Of a DNA stretch of 64,000 bases, positions 28,038 to 40,712 are shown piece after piece. The notes under the pieces were generated by a model. That model saw nothing but the letters and a program-made list of their open reading frames with translations. It searched no databases and was not told the DNA's origin. The stretch is from Octopus sinensis (taxonomy: Eukaryota), in the NCBI RefSeq assembly GCF_006345805.1, contig NC_043015.1, positions 53,258,001-53,322,000 of the forward strand, in the 5' to 3' direction. The translations under genes and the position numbers were made by a program. Position 1 is the first letter of the stretch. Each line of letters opens with the position of its first letter.

Positions 28038-28888
28038 TATATATATATATATATATATGAATACACACACACATACACTTCATATATAATATATATATTG
28101 TGTGTGTGTGTGTTGTGTGTGTGTGTGTGTGTGTGTGTGGCTGTGTGTATTAGAATTTTCATATTTAATAAAAGTATAAAATAAAACCCTGATTTCAATC
28201 ATTGTGTTTCCTATATTCTTTCGCGTCTGGTCTTATGGCTTTATTAATAAGATCAATTCGTTTGAAGTGTAGCATCTATCAACAAACAGCTGAACATCCT
28301 AAATAGAACAAAAACCTATCAAATACTCTGAATATTGAAGAAATACAATATTAAAGTAAAATTACTCGTTGAACTATTTACCTTACTAGATATTAGATTA
28401 TATTTAGACGTAAATACGCAATTATATAGAATTGTAGTCGCTTTTCTGTATATGTGTGTGTATCTATGTCTCTGTGTCAGAGCGTGTATATGTCCGTCGG
28501 TGTGTATGTTGTCCCGTGGTTTGCCTATTCAACACATCTTTTTTTTATTTTAATGAACAACAAATAATAATGACGACAATGATGATGATGATGATGATAA
28601 CAATAACTTTAGGCACGTGCTCAGCAATTCCAGGTGGTGGGTTCCAGGAGATTGTATCAAGCCCAGTTCTCAATTGGAACTTGGTTTTATCGACCCTGAA
28701 ATCATAAAAGGGTGGAGCTTACATCGGCTGGATTTGAACGCACAACGCAACGAGCCACAAGCAATATCTCAAACTACTTTTTTCGATGCGCTAACCAGTC
28801 TATCAGATCGCTGATGCTAGTGATAACGCTGTCGAAAGAAGCTTTCCACAGCTTACGTGTGTGCGTACATATGTATGTATACATGTAT

Positions 28889-29440
28889 GTTTCTTTTGCT
28901 TTGTCCTCTGTCGTTCAGCTTCAAAATGGTATGCCACAGTGGAGATGGAATAATGCCAGCCGGTCCTGTCCCGATCTTCAATATCCCAGACTTTGGAATC
29001 AATTCCAGTCAGTTTTAGGCTTTGCTTCAGCTGATCCTTGATTCGACGGAAGGGATGGCCACGGAGTCTTCTTCCAGTGGAAAATTCACCATATAAAATT
29101 TGACGCAGCATCTTGCTTTCTTTCATTCTTGCTGCGTGGCCTGCCGCCCATCGCAGACCATGTTTCAGGATGGTAGCCTCGGTGCTGCAGCTTTTTCTTT
29201 CTCTCCAAAACGGAGACATCGGTCACGTAATCGTCCCTTTAATACTCATAAAAGAAGATGGAGGCTGCAACAATTAAATCCTCCACCACGGATCCCTTGT
29301 GTTCTTTGCAACAGACGCTTCCATGCAAGAACCGGTCTCATTGGTCATCAAAAGCATAAAAACGGACAGAGGGGAAGAAGTGGTCAAGAAGAAGCCAAAT
29401 AAATTATCGGACACGCGATAAATCGCCGACGACGATCGTA
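28889..29440. mobile_element. RTE-clade LINE 3' fragment with 5' inversion
   Basis: - strand ~29270-28889 reads DYVTDVSVLE...LRWAAGHAARM...QILYGE...KDQLK...DRTGW...HFEAERQR. + strand ~29270-29440 reads QQLNPPPRIPCVLCNRRFHARTGLIGH followed by a 3' UTR. (TATG)n flanks both sides. Confidence 0.75.
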
Positions 29441-30044
29441 TTAGGTATGTATGTACGTGTGTATTCATTTATGTACGTATGTATGTATGTATACATGATG
29501 TATGTATCCATTTATGTATGTGTGTACGTACGTATGTATATATGTATGTACGTACGTATATGTGTATGTACGCATGTATGTATGTCGTTGTTCAGTTTTA
29601 TTTCAAGATTTCTTGCCAATAGAGAAGAAGCCAGTTTCTAACCTAGTTCCAAGGCTCCTTCATTGCAATTTCAACAACGTTTTTTTTTCCTATGAATGTA
29701 TGTATGTTCTCGTCCTCTTTTTAATTTAGAAGTCATTTTGACTGGACATCTCCTTGGAAGCAAGGTTCTTGAGGAAAGCATCTCGGTTTGACCATCATCG
29801 TTTAAATCGCAAGAGACTTTTGCAGGTTTTATTTATGTATGTGTGTATACATGTATGTAGGTATGTATACCTGTATGTACGTGTATGAATTTAAGTATAT
29901 GTATATATACGTGTATGTACGTAACTATGTATGCATGTATGTACGTATGTATACGCATGTATGTATGTGTGTGTAGGTGTGTGTACGCATGCATGAGTGT
30001 GTGCATTTATGTATGTGTATATGTACGTTTCTATGCATCAGTTT

Positions 30045-30183
30045 GTGGTAAGGGTTTGTTTCCTAACCACATGGTTGCAGGTTCACTCCCAATGCGTGGC
30101 ACCTTGTGCAGGTGTCTTCTACAGCCTCGGGCGACCACAGCCTTGTAATTGGATTTGGTGAACGGAAACTGAAAGAAGCCCGT

Positions 30184-30224
<41 letters not shown>

Positions 30225-30407
30225 GTATGTATATTATATATACTATGTATGTATGTATGTATGTAGTAAGTATGCATGTATGTATGTTTATATTTGTGTG
30301 AGAGTGTCTGCTTTTGTCCCCCGCCGTCGTTGGACAACCGAATCTGGTGTGTTTATGTCTCCGTAACTTACCAGTTCAGCAAAAGAGCCCCTGGAATAAA
30401 TACTAGG
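30045..30407 (+). mobile_element. Composite SINE family 2 truncated by assembly gap
   Basis: Head 30045-30187, microsatellite, body from ~30300. Confidence 0.8.
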
Positions 30408-30507
30408 NNNNNNNNNNNNNNNNNNNNNNNNNNNNNNNNNNNNNNNNNNNNNNNNNNNNNNNNNNNNNNNNNNNNNNNNNNNNNNNNNNNNNNNNNNNNN
30501 NNNNNNN
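30408..30507. other. Assembly gap (100 N)
   Basis: Run of N; adjacency across the gap is not guaranteed. Confidence 1.
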
Positions 30508-30765
30508 TTCAGTCGAACATATCGACCCAAACACTTATTCTTTTTATCGGTCACTTTTGCCAAACCGCTGTCAAGTGACGGTGGGGAGACAAACACAGAC
30601 ACACACAAATGCATACATACGTATATATAGAGAAAGAGCGTAGGCTCGAAATGTAAAAGACGTTTTCAATTCCTCAGCGTTTAACTAATACATCTGTTTG
30701 TTTTCTACACCACCTGTCTTCGTCTTTTGGTTTTCTCGTAAATTCTCCTATATATATAAAATATA

Positions 30766-30815
<50 letters not shown>

Positions 30816-30856
30816 CTATTATATTATATAATACATACCATACATACATACATACA

Positions 30857-30888
<32 letters not shown>

Positions 30889-31025
30889 CGACGGACATTT
30901 TTTATTTATTTCTGCCCACCAAATCCACTGACAGGTCTTTGATCGGCCTGAGAAGATACTTGCCGAAGGTGTCACGCAGTGGGACTGAACCCAGAACCAT
31001 GTGGTTGTCAGTAAGCTTCTTACCA
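30508..31025 (-). mobile_element. Composite SINE family 2 with a PLE-terminal fragment inserted in its microsatellite
   Basis: Body 30508-30600, insert ~30630-30750, head 30885-31025. Confidence 0.65.
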
Positions 31026-31354
31026 CACACACACATATATATGTATGTATATATTTGTACACTTTTGTTTGTTTTTGACCCCGCCTTCGCCTGACAACCG
31101 GTGTTGGTGTCATTTTTATGTCTTTCTAACATAGTGGCTTGGCAAAAAGAGTCCGATAGAATAAGTACTCGACTTTAAAAAATAAAACACTAGGGTCGAT
31201 TGATTCTCGTGAGTGCCTCTAGTGGGTGCCTAGCTGAAACAAAACATATATGATAAAAGATAAATAGAGCGGGAGAGAGACAGACAGACAAGAAAAACCG
31301 ACAGACAGCGATTGAAAGATAGAAAGATTGAGTGAGATTGAGAAAGAGACACAC

Positions 31355-31412
<58 letters not shown>

Positions 31413-31504
31413 GGAGAGAGAGAGATACATATATACATACATACATACACACATAGGTAGGTAGGTAGAAAGATAGATACATATATACATACTTTCATAT
31501 AAAC

Positions 31505-31558
<54 letters not shown>

Positions 31559-31571
31559 TATATATATATAT

Positions 31572-32060
31572 AACAATAAATCTCTGAACGAGATATAAAC
31601 ACTAACTGCTCTATAACGTAAGGGGGATCAGCCATCTGAATGTGGCTAGGGACAGGGCGGGGTGGTGGGGGTGTTACTGATGCATTTAGCCCCAGGCGAT
31701 CATCGACGTCACCAGAAGGACCGACACTATCTCGGTGTCCTTGCTAGCCTGTAAAGGGAGATCATCCTCCTCGCAGATACGGATACTACATACGGACCGG
31801 TTTCGAGGTAATTGCCTCTTATCAACGTATGGTAAGCACCGTTCCTCGATGAAGGATTCTCTCTACAGGCTACATATATAAAGATTTTCACAGTAACCAC
31901 CGTCACTGATGTAGAAAAACCGTCCGAAAACAATAATAAATCTCTGAACGAGATATAAACAGTAACTGCTCTATAACGTAAGAGGGATCAGCCATCTGAA
32001 TGTGGCTAGGGACAGGGCGGGGTGGTGGGGTGTTCCTGATGCATTTAGCCCCAGGCGATC
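31572..32060 (-). mobile_element. Retrozyme-like element: 360-nt monomer plus ~125-bp terminal direct repeat, with type I hammerhead
   Basis: Segment 31575-31700 is repeated at 31935-32060 (offset exactly 360, a few mismatches). A hammerhead lies on the - strand at 31789-31831. The left flank is (TA)n. No recognisable protein is encoded. Confidence 0.75.
31789..31831 (-). ncRNA. Type I hammerhead ribozyme, U3:A8 variant (identical copy)
   Basis: Exact reverse complement of 32165-32207: catacg gaccgg tttc gagg taattg cctc ttatcaa cgtatg. Confidence 0.8.
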
Positions 32061-32380
32061 GTCCTTCTGGTGACGGTTTTTCTACATCAGTGACGGTGGT
32101 TACTGTGAAAATCCTTATATATGTAGCCTGTAGAGAGAATCCTTCATCGAAGAACGGTGCTTACCATACGTTGATAAGAGGCAATTACCTCGAAACCGGT
32201 CCGTATGTAGTATCCTATCTTCGGGAGGATGATCTCCCTTTACGGCTAGCAAGGACACCGAGTGGTGTCGGTCCTTCTGGTGACGTCGATGATCGCCTGG
32301 GGCTAAATGCATCAGTAACACCCCCACCACCCCGCCCTATCCCTAGCCACATTCAGATGGCTGATCCCCCTTACGTTATA
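32061..32380 (+). mobile_element. Inverted, truncated second copy of the same retrozyme-like element
   Basis: 32072-32380 is the reverse complement of 31612-31924 with about ten differences. It contains the identical hammerhead at 32165-32207 and runs into (TA)n. Confidence 0.8.
32165..32207 (+). ncRNA. Type I hammerhead ribozyme, U3:A8 variant
   Basis: CATACG-TTGATAA-GAGG-CAATTA-CCTC-GAAA-C-CG-GTC-CGTATG. Helix I is 6 bp perfect and helix II is 4 bp perfect. The core UUGAUAA differs from CUGAUGA only by the paired C3U/G8A changes. GAAA is present, helix III is the palindrome ACCGGU, and the GUC cleavage site falls after 32201. Confidence 0.8.
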
Positions 32381-32469
32381 TATATATTATATATAATATA
32401 TATATATATAATATATATATATATAAACACACACATATATATGCCTTTTGACTCTTTTATTTCTTTTTG

Positions 32470-32706
32470 TTTCAGTCATTTGACTGCGGCCATGCTGTAG
32501 CACTGCCTTCAATCAAACAAATCGACCCCAGGCCTCATTCTTTGTAAGCCTAGTACTCATTCTGTATGCCTCTGTTGCCGAACCGCTATGTTACGGGGAC
32601 GTAAACACACCAGCATCGGTTGTCAAGCGATGGTGGGGGGAAAACACAGACACACAAACACACTCTCACACACACACATACACATACACACACATACACA
32701 CCCTCT

Positions 32707-32778
<72 letters not shown>

Positions 32779-32908
32779 CGATGATCTACTTTTAGTTTTT
32801 GTCTACCAGATCCACTCACAAGGCTATGGTCAGCCCGAGGCTATAGTAGAAGAGACTTGCCCAAGATGCCACGCAGAGGGACTGAACTCGGAACCATGTG
32901 GTTGCTAA
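32470..32908 (-). mobile_element. Composite SINE family 2, full
   Basis: ttcagtcatttgactgcggccatgctg...aaacacagacac, microsatellite, then head. Confidence 0.85.
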
Positions 32909-33094
32909 GCAATATATATATACTATTTTACACTTTTTCACCTCAGTTGCACACATATAGCATTGCCGCATACCGTTGTGTGTGAGTGTATATATAATTA
33001 TATACACACTCACACACGTGTGTGTGTATGTGTGATGCAAGAGAGATAAAGTGCTATTGTGTATGTACATGTTTATGTGTATAGAGATAGATAA

Positions 33095-33144
<50 letters not shown>

Positions 33145-33159
33145 GGCAGACAGACAGGC

Positions 33160-33206
<47 letters not shown>

Positions 33207-33834
33207 CAGACAGAAATATACACACACATACACACACACACACATACACACACACACACTTACACGCACACACATATGCATACGCACACAAGGGGCGCGG
33301 TTACACCGAATCATCTTGCTATCACTTGCTGTTCACACGTACGTCTTTTTACTGCAAATTTGTTTTGTATTTCATCGCAACAAAAATTGACTTCTGACGG
33401 TACATCTGCTCTACTATCGTTTCCACATGGCCCTTCATTGTTTCAGAGATAATTTTCCCCCCAACTTACTGTATATATCTTTTCATTCTTATTTTATCTT
33501 CCACCTCAAGAAACTGCATTTTATCGAAAAACGTTGCAAAGACCTAATATTAACACCAAGAACATAAATAAATTATACATTAGCCGCAGAGATTTCACTG
33601 TGAAGATAACGTAACATTATAGCTTGATAAACACAAATTTTAAAGAAAAAATAACCACGATCCGACCGGGATTTAAAAGAGACGGCTGGGCAGAATCTGT
33701 GTGATGTAATTTCTGGTACAATCCAGTGATAAACAATAGTAATGTGTCTTAAATGGCTTCATTCTGTTTATTGATTTATTAACGATTTGTTTACTTTAAA
33801 AGTGCAGCCTTCAATTACATATGTTGTTTTTTTA

Positions 33835-33869
<35 letters not shown>

Positions 33870-34015
33870 TACGTATATATTTATATATATACATATATAT
33901 ATATACATACATACATACATACATACTACATACATACATACATACATACATACATACATGTATCTACGTATCTAGGTATGTATGAAAATATGCATCTTTA
34001 TAGATAGGAAGATAC

Positions 34016-34110
<95 letters not shown>

Positions 34111-36040
34111 TGTTTCTTTATTGGCCAAACAGGGCTGAACACAGAGAGAGCAAAATACAAAGTAGAGCTTCTCTTTTGGGGACGAAGAAAAAAAAGGGGT
34201 GGGGTAGAATTTCGATCAAAAGGGATCGTGGAGAAAAAAAGGCCGACCACTAGGGTCATGTATCACAACAATGTCATAATGTAAAAAGGGCGAACAGATT
34301 AGGTTTATCAGTGGAAAGAAAATCTACGGAGAAGACCACGGTAACCTTGGGCAATAATGTCAAGTAAACAAGTACATTACAGTAAGTGACTCTTTTTTCC
34401 CTTTTTTTGGTTCATAGGATTACGCTCAAGCATAATCCGTCATTCACACGTGCCATCTTTGCTACATTCACACATCTTTTTTTGAAACATTCACTCTCTG
34501 CTCTCCCCTTCCTCTTCAAGTGATACTTGAAGAAGTTGATGACAGATTGACCAGAGAGGAAAGTGTTTGTCTCTAGACCTTTGAGATGCATCCACCATAC
34601 ACATTCTCTCGCCATAGCCACAAGTACGATGAAAATGGCTCTTCCTTCCCGTTTCAAGGAAGAAGGCACGACAATATTTACGATAGACTCGGTTGATAAA
34701 CCGACTCGTCCCACATGCGATAGCAGTCGTTCGACATAGGCCCACAGGTCCGAAATAGTTGGATACTGTACAAGTGCGTGCAGAACGGTTTCGTTGCTCT
34801 GACCGAATCTCGAGGAGGTCGGCCCCGTGTTTCTCGAGTCATGCCTGTGGAGCCTATCCCGAACGGGTACCGCTTCTCGGTAGCAATGCCAGGCCAGGGA
34901 CCTCTGGAAGTTGTCCATAGGTCCCGGCTCGAAAGTCGTCTTGAACAGGCGAGTCAGGTATTCCTCGTCGACGCCCAGGTTCGCCCCGAGCTCGTCTCGT
35001 ACCACCCCTCCACTAATCCCCTATAGAATGCTTTGGTTGTGTTGAAGTCTCTCAAGGTCGACCCGGGAAGGCATAGTTGCTCGATAGCAACGCGACACTC
35101 GCGGTGCCATTCGCCCTTCCTCGGCCTCTTTTTGATCCACGACTGCTGTTCGGTCATGGAGAAAAGCTGCGGGAAAGCGCGCCTCACAAACAGCGACCAC
35201 ACCTGTTCACCTTCGTTTACGTAGAGCCGGAGATGTCACAGTCCAGCGGGTGTCTGCGCATCCTCAAGAACGGCATGCCCCGCCCTCCTTTTGACGAGTG
35301 TTGACAGCAAACGGATCGCCTTACCATTGGTACGCACCCTTTCTACAAGAAGCGGAAGATAATGCGTTCTAGTTTGGTGATGGTAGAGTCGGGACAAGGC
35401 ACAACGGTAAGGCGGTAGTAGATGACGGACGCAATGTACGTGATCACCACCTCCGCCCGACCTTTTAGGGACAGCTTCCACTTGGCCCATTGCCGGGCGA
35501 GAGTAACCACCCCACTCGTTATCTCGTTCCAGTTCTTCTCCTTTTGGAGGTCCGGACCAAGCATGACCCCGAGTAACTCGACCGAACTGTCGGTCCAGCA
35601 CCCCACGACGGAGGCGCTGCTGGACGGCACGGGCTTGCTCCTCCAGGTGCCGAGCCGCAAGCCCACTGATTTCTCCCGGTTGGTTTTCGCTCCTATTACC
35701 GCTTCGTAGTCTTTCAGTGTCTCGCCGACAAGCTCGATATGCTTCTGGCTGGACACTATGACGGTGACATTGTCCGCGTATGCAGACACGCTCGTCTCGC
35801 ATCCCAATTCTCGCAGAATGCCCCTCAGCATCGCCAGCTTCCGCAGTAGTGGCTCGAGAGTCAATACCTACAGAAGCGACGAGATGTGGAATCCCTGACG
35901 GACCGAATGTACAATGTCGAAAGGTCTTGATAGATGCTTATTTGCGCGAATTACCGAACAAAGTAACTGCCTCTGTACAAAGCAGTTATTCAGTCGCGGA
36001 AGACGGGACCGAAACCAGCCGCTTTGAGGACATCCCCTAT
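34111..36040 (-). mobile_element. 5'-truncated Tx1/L1-clade LINE (RT, degenerate C-terminal zinc finger, 3' UTR with AATAAA)
   Basis: ORFs 35343-35864 (SAYADNVTV...KLSLKGRAEV) and 34412-35005 (ETVLHALVQ). The upstream frame reads SVRQG. (GATA)n/(GACA)n lies on both flanks. Confidence 0.85.
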
Positions 36041-36092
36041 AGATTGACAGACAGACAGACAGGCAGACAGGCAGACAGACAGACAGACAGAC

Positions 36093-36133
<41 letters not shown>

Positions 36134-36152
36134 TAGATATAGATAGATAGAC

Positions 36153-36206
<54 letters not shown>

Positions 36207-36851
36207 TTGGATGGATGGATGGATTGATGGATGGGTGGATGGATGGATGGATGGATGGATGGATGGATGGATGGATGGATGGATTGGTAGATAGATAGGT
36301 AGATTGATAGATAGATATGAAAATATATTTCATATATATACATGTGTGTATATAAATACATTTCGTTTGCATTTTAGCATACAACATCACTTGAGCGATA
36401 TTTTTCGAAATAGGGGAGGGTATATTTATGTCACTTTCACAAAATATCTCTCTCCATTACTCTTGTTATTATGAATGTTCATCGTGTTATTGTTGCTGTC
36501 GAGATTATTGTTCTATTTCTTTCATATGTCTCTCCTTTCATTGTTTAAATAGCTCGTACTATAACTTATTTCCATGGCGCTGCTTGACGTAAATCTCGCG
36601 GCAATATACAGCTAATGGCTCATCGAAAGCCTGCAGCTTTTTAAGATGACGCCATTGCCTGGCGGGAGAGACACCCCCACAATACGACTGTCATTTTTCT
36701 CCTTTCATTCATCTTAATGTCACCATCAGTATTGTTCGTTTATCTCCCTATCTGTCGGTCTGTCTATTCATATATCTGTCTATCTATCTGTCAATCTGTC
36801 CATCCATCTACTTATCTACCTTGTCCATGAAACTGCCTCGCTCATCCGACG

Positions 36852-36931
<80 letters not shown>

Positions 36932-37070
36932 GTCTGTCTGTCTGTCTGTCTGACTCTCTGTCTTTCTATCTATCTATCTATCTATCTCTCTCTATCTATC
37001 TATCTATCTATCTATATATATATATATATATACATATCTGTCTGTCTGTCTGCCTGTCTCTCTATCTATC

Positions 37071-37118
<48 letters not shown>

Positions 37119-38829
37119 GCATCTATATTCTAATCTGCATATATGCATATCACTCTGGATGCATATGCGTTTTTATATCTATCATATTTGTGTGTGTGTT
37201 TGTGTGTGTGTTTGTGCGTGCGTGTGTGTGTGCGCGCACGAGCGTGTTTGTGTGTGTGTGTTTTCTATTTATCAGTCGCTCTGCTATTGTCCGTCTATCT
37301 CTTATACGTACGCATTTATTTACACATATATTACTGTCCCACTCTTCCGTCTTTGTATCTGATCTACTCAATGACAGAATCTGCTAGAAATAGAAGTCAA
37401 ATATCCCAAAACTTACACCAACCTGTTTATGTATCTCACTCCACGGCTTTCTTTCTGTTCACTTGGCTATCTTCATGAATTTAGATTCACGTGTGCATGT
37501 GTTTATGGATATAGGAAAAGGAACTCCTACATAAGAACGCTATTTCATGCATCCATTGTTAGATAGATAGATAAACAGATAGATAGATACATACATAAAT
37601 ACAGACAGACAGACGGATATACACACCGTGAGATAGATAGAGAGAGGGGCGGCTAGGTTAGATAGATGGAAAATAGTTGAGCAACTGCATAAAAAATCAA
37701 ATTCTTTGGTCACTCAACAGCAAATGGAGTTAACTAAATGCGTGTGGGAAGAGGGTAGGGTAGGAGTATGTGGGTACGCGCGAGAGGATAGGTATTGTGG
37801 GTATGTACATAGAGGAAGAGTCACGAAGGAAAAGAATGGGATCTAGAGAGAAGACGAAGGGAGTAAGACATGTTAATAATTGTAATAATTGTGTGTGACT
37901 GTGTTGATGTCCGTGTACATGTATGTATGTATGTATGTATGTATGTATGTATGTATGTATGTATGTATGTATGTATGTATGTAGGTATGTCGGGTTGGTG
38001 GTAGGTAGGTAGGTAGGTAGGTAGGTAGGTAGGTAGGTAGGTAGGTAAGTATGTAGGTGTAATTTTGAGTTTTTATACGTGGGCAAATATTGTAAATTAT
38101 TTCCTTGCAGATTCTCCATTTGTGTAGATATGCAGTGGAACGACATATGCACATACGTCTTTGTTGTATTATATATATATATATATATATAATAATATAT
38201 ATATAATATATTATATATGTATGTATGTATGTATGTATATATGTATGATGTATGTATGTATGTATATATGTTGGTGTGTATGTTAGTTGTCTGTGTTGTC
38301 CCCCACACAACGCTTGACAACCGACGCTGGTTGTGTTTACTTTCCCCGTAACTTAGCGGTTCGGCAAAGAGCACGATAGAATAAGTAACAGTTGGAGAAA
38401 GAATAATTGTGGGGTCGATTTGTTCGGACTAAACGCGGTGCTCCAGCATGGCCGACCACTCAAATGACGAAACAGCTAACAGACTAAAGAATATATATCT
38501 AACATATTATATTATATATATCATATATATGCGTGTGTTCATACATGTATGTTTGTATGCATGTATATAAGTATGTATGTATGTATGCATGTATGTATGT
38601 ATGTATGTATGTATGTATGTATTTATGATGTATGTATGTATGTATGTATGTAAGCATGTATGTATGTATGCATGTATGTATGTATGTGTATGTTAGATTG
38701 ACTAATAGATTTCTATGTTCTGAATGCAGCGTCAGTTATCAACAAATAGAAAATACTAAACTCGAAAAGTTTTATCGCGCAAATTGTTTCGCTCATTTGC
38801 TTCCATAACTGTAGAGAGAGAGTGAGAGA

Positions 38830-38863
<34 letters not shown>

Positions 38864-39042
38864 TACATGCATATATGTATATAAATATATATATATTTAT
38901 AAATACATGTGTATATATGTATATATAGTATAAATATATGCATGTATATATTGGTGAATAATTATATGAATATATATATATGTATAGCTACTGCACGCAT
39001 TTTTTTTCCTCTCCTTCTTCGTGTGTTTTCTCTCTCTGTGTA

Positions 39043-39080
39043 TCTTTCTGTTGAAGAGCGTAGGCTCGAAACGTTAAAGA
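39043..39080 (+). ncRNA. Minimal Penelope-type hammerhead motif (A6U variant) within a PLE terminal-repeat-like element (~39000-39178)
   Basis: TCTTT-CTGTTGA-A-GAGC-GTAG-GCTC-GAAA-CGTT-AAAGA. Related decayed copies at ~23180-23220 and ~30634-30660 share the downstream pyrimidine-rich tail. Confidence 0.5.
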
Positions 39081-39384
39081 CTTGTTTTATTTATATTTCC
39101 TGAGCGCCATACTAATACAATTGTTCGTTTGTGTTCCACTGCCTTCGTCTTTTGTTTTTTCATAAAGCTTCCCGTTATAATATATATATATATATATATA
39201 TAATAATATATATATATATGTATGTATGTATATGTGGTATATGTGTGTGTGTATGTAAGACATACGTATACGTGTATATCTATGTGTGTGTGTGTGCATA
39301 TATACATGTATATATGAATGTACGTATGTGTGTATGATTATGTACCCACACCGAAGTAAGAGCACACACACACACAGACATATA

Positions 39385-39424
<40 letters not shown>

Positions 39425-39737
39425 TAGAGAGACAGGGAGAGGGAAGGAATCGTACTTACTTTGCAGTCATACGACGTATGTAGGTTCGTGAGTATAAATT
39501 AGGTGCATCCGTCCATCTATCTATCGATAAATCGATCTGTCGGTTTATCCATCTCTCTCTCTATATATATCCATCTCTATCTGTATATATATAAACGCAC
39601 TCAATCACAAACATATATTTACACCCAAACACCCACACTCTTACATCCACCCACATGCCTACATACATGTATATACTTATACGTATATGTGTATGTATAT
39701 GTATATATGTATAAATAGACAGATATATAGATAGATA

Positions 39738-39787
<50 letters not shown>

Positions 39788-39930
39788 TGATTGATTGATT
39801 GATTGATTGATTGCTAAATAGATAAATAGATAGATAGATAGTTGACAGATAGATAGATTGATAGATCGTATATATTTATATATATATGCATATATATCAT
39901 ATATATATATATATGTGTGTGTGATATATG

Positions 39931-39962
<32 letters not shown>

Positions 39963-40374
39963 TGTATGTATGTATGTATGTATGTATGTATGCATGCATT
40001 CAGGTGTATATATATGGTGGAGTACATAAGTGATTTCCCCCCTTGTCCGGATTATTTTAAAGTTCATTTTACGACATTCCTCCTTTTTTTTATTTTTAGG
40101 GACCATTAAAACGGTTCTATCAAAGGCTCTCCGATGCAACTCCATTTCAGTTTTGTTTCCTGTTAAATAAACACAATCTCTCCGATTAAAATTCCACTTA
40201 ATCGCATCTTACTTCTCTTTCCATCCTTTTTCTCGTGTTTTACTACTGTCCTTTCATCGGTTTCTCTTGATGCCCCAGTGGCTAATGAAAAAATATTATT
40301 ATTATTATTATTATTGATATCATTATTATTATTATTGATATCATTGTTATTGTTGTTGTCGTTGTTGTTTTCTA

Positions 40375-40606
40375 AGGAGGCAAGCTGGCAGAATCGTTAG
40401 CTCGCCTGGCATAGAGCTCAGCCGTATTTCGTCTGTCGCTACGTTCTGAGTTCAAATTTCACCGGGGTCGATTTTTTTCTGTCACCATTTCGAGGCCGAT
40501 AAATTAAGTACCATTGAAACACCGAGATCAATGTAATTGACATTTCCCTCCCCTAAAATGGCTGCCCTTGTGTCAAAATGTGAAACCGTTATCATTATTA
40601 TTGTTG

Positions 40607-40640
<34 letters not shown>

Positions 40641-40660
40641 CAACATCATCATCATCATCA

Positions 40661-40712
<52 letters not shown>

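Noticed and set aside
31572-32060. LTR retrotransposon or CRISPR interpretation of the direct repeats
   Set aside because: No TG...CA ends, PBS or PPT; only two repeats; eukaryotic context with no cas genes.
32000-32500. 166-aa ORF across the fold-back element
   Set aside because: It crosses the rearrangement junction and ends in a microsatellite. The sister copy has frameshifts, so the element is better explained as non-coding RNA.
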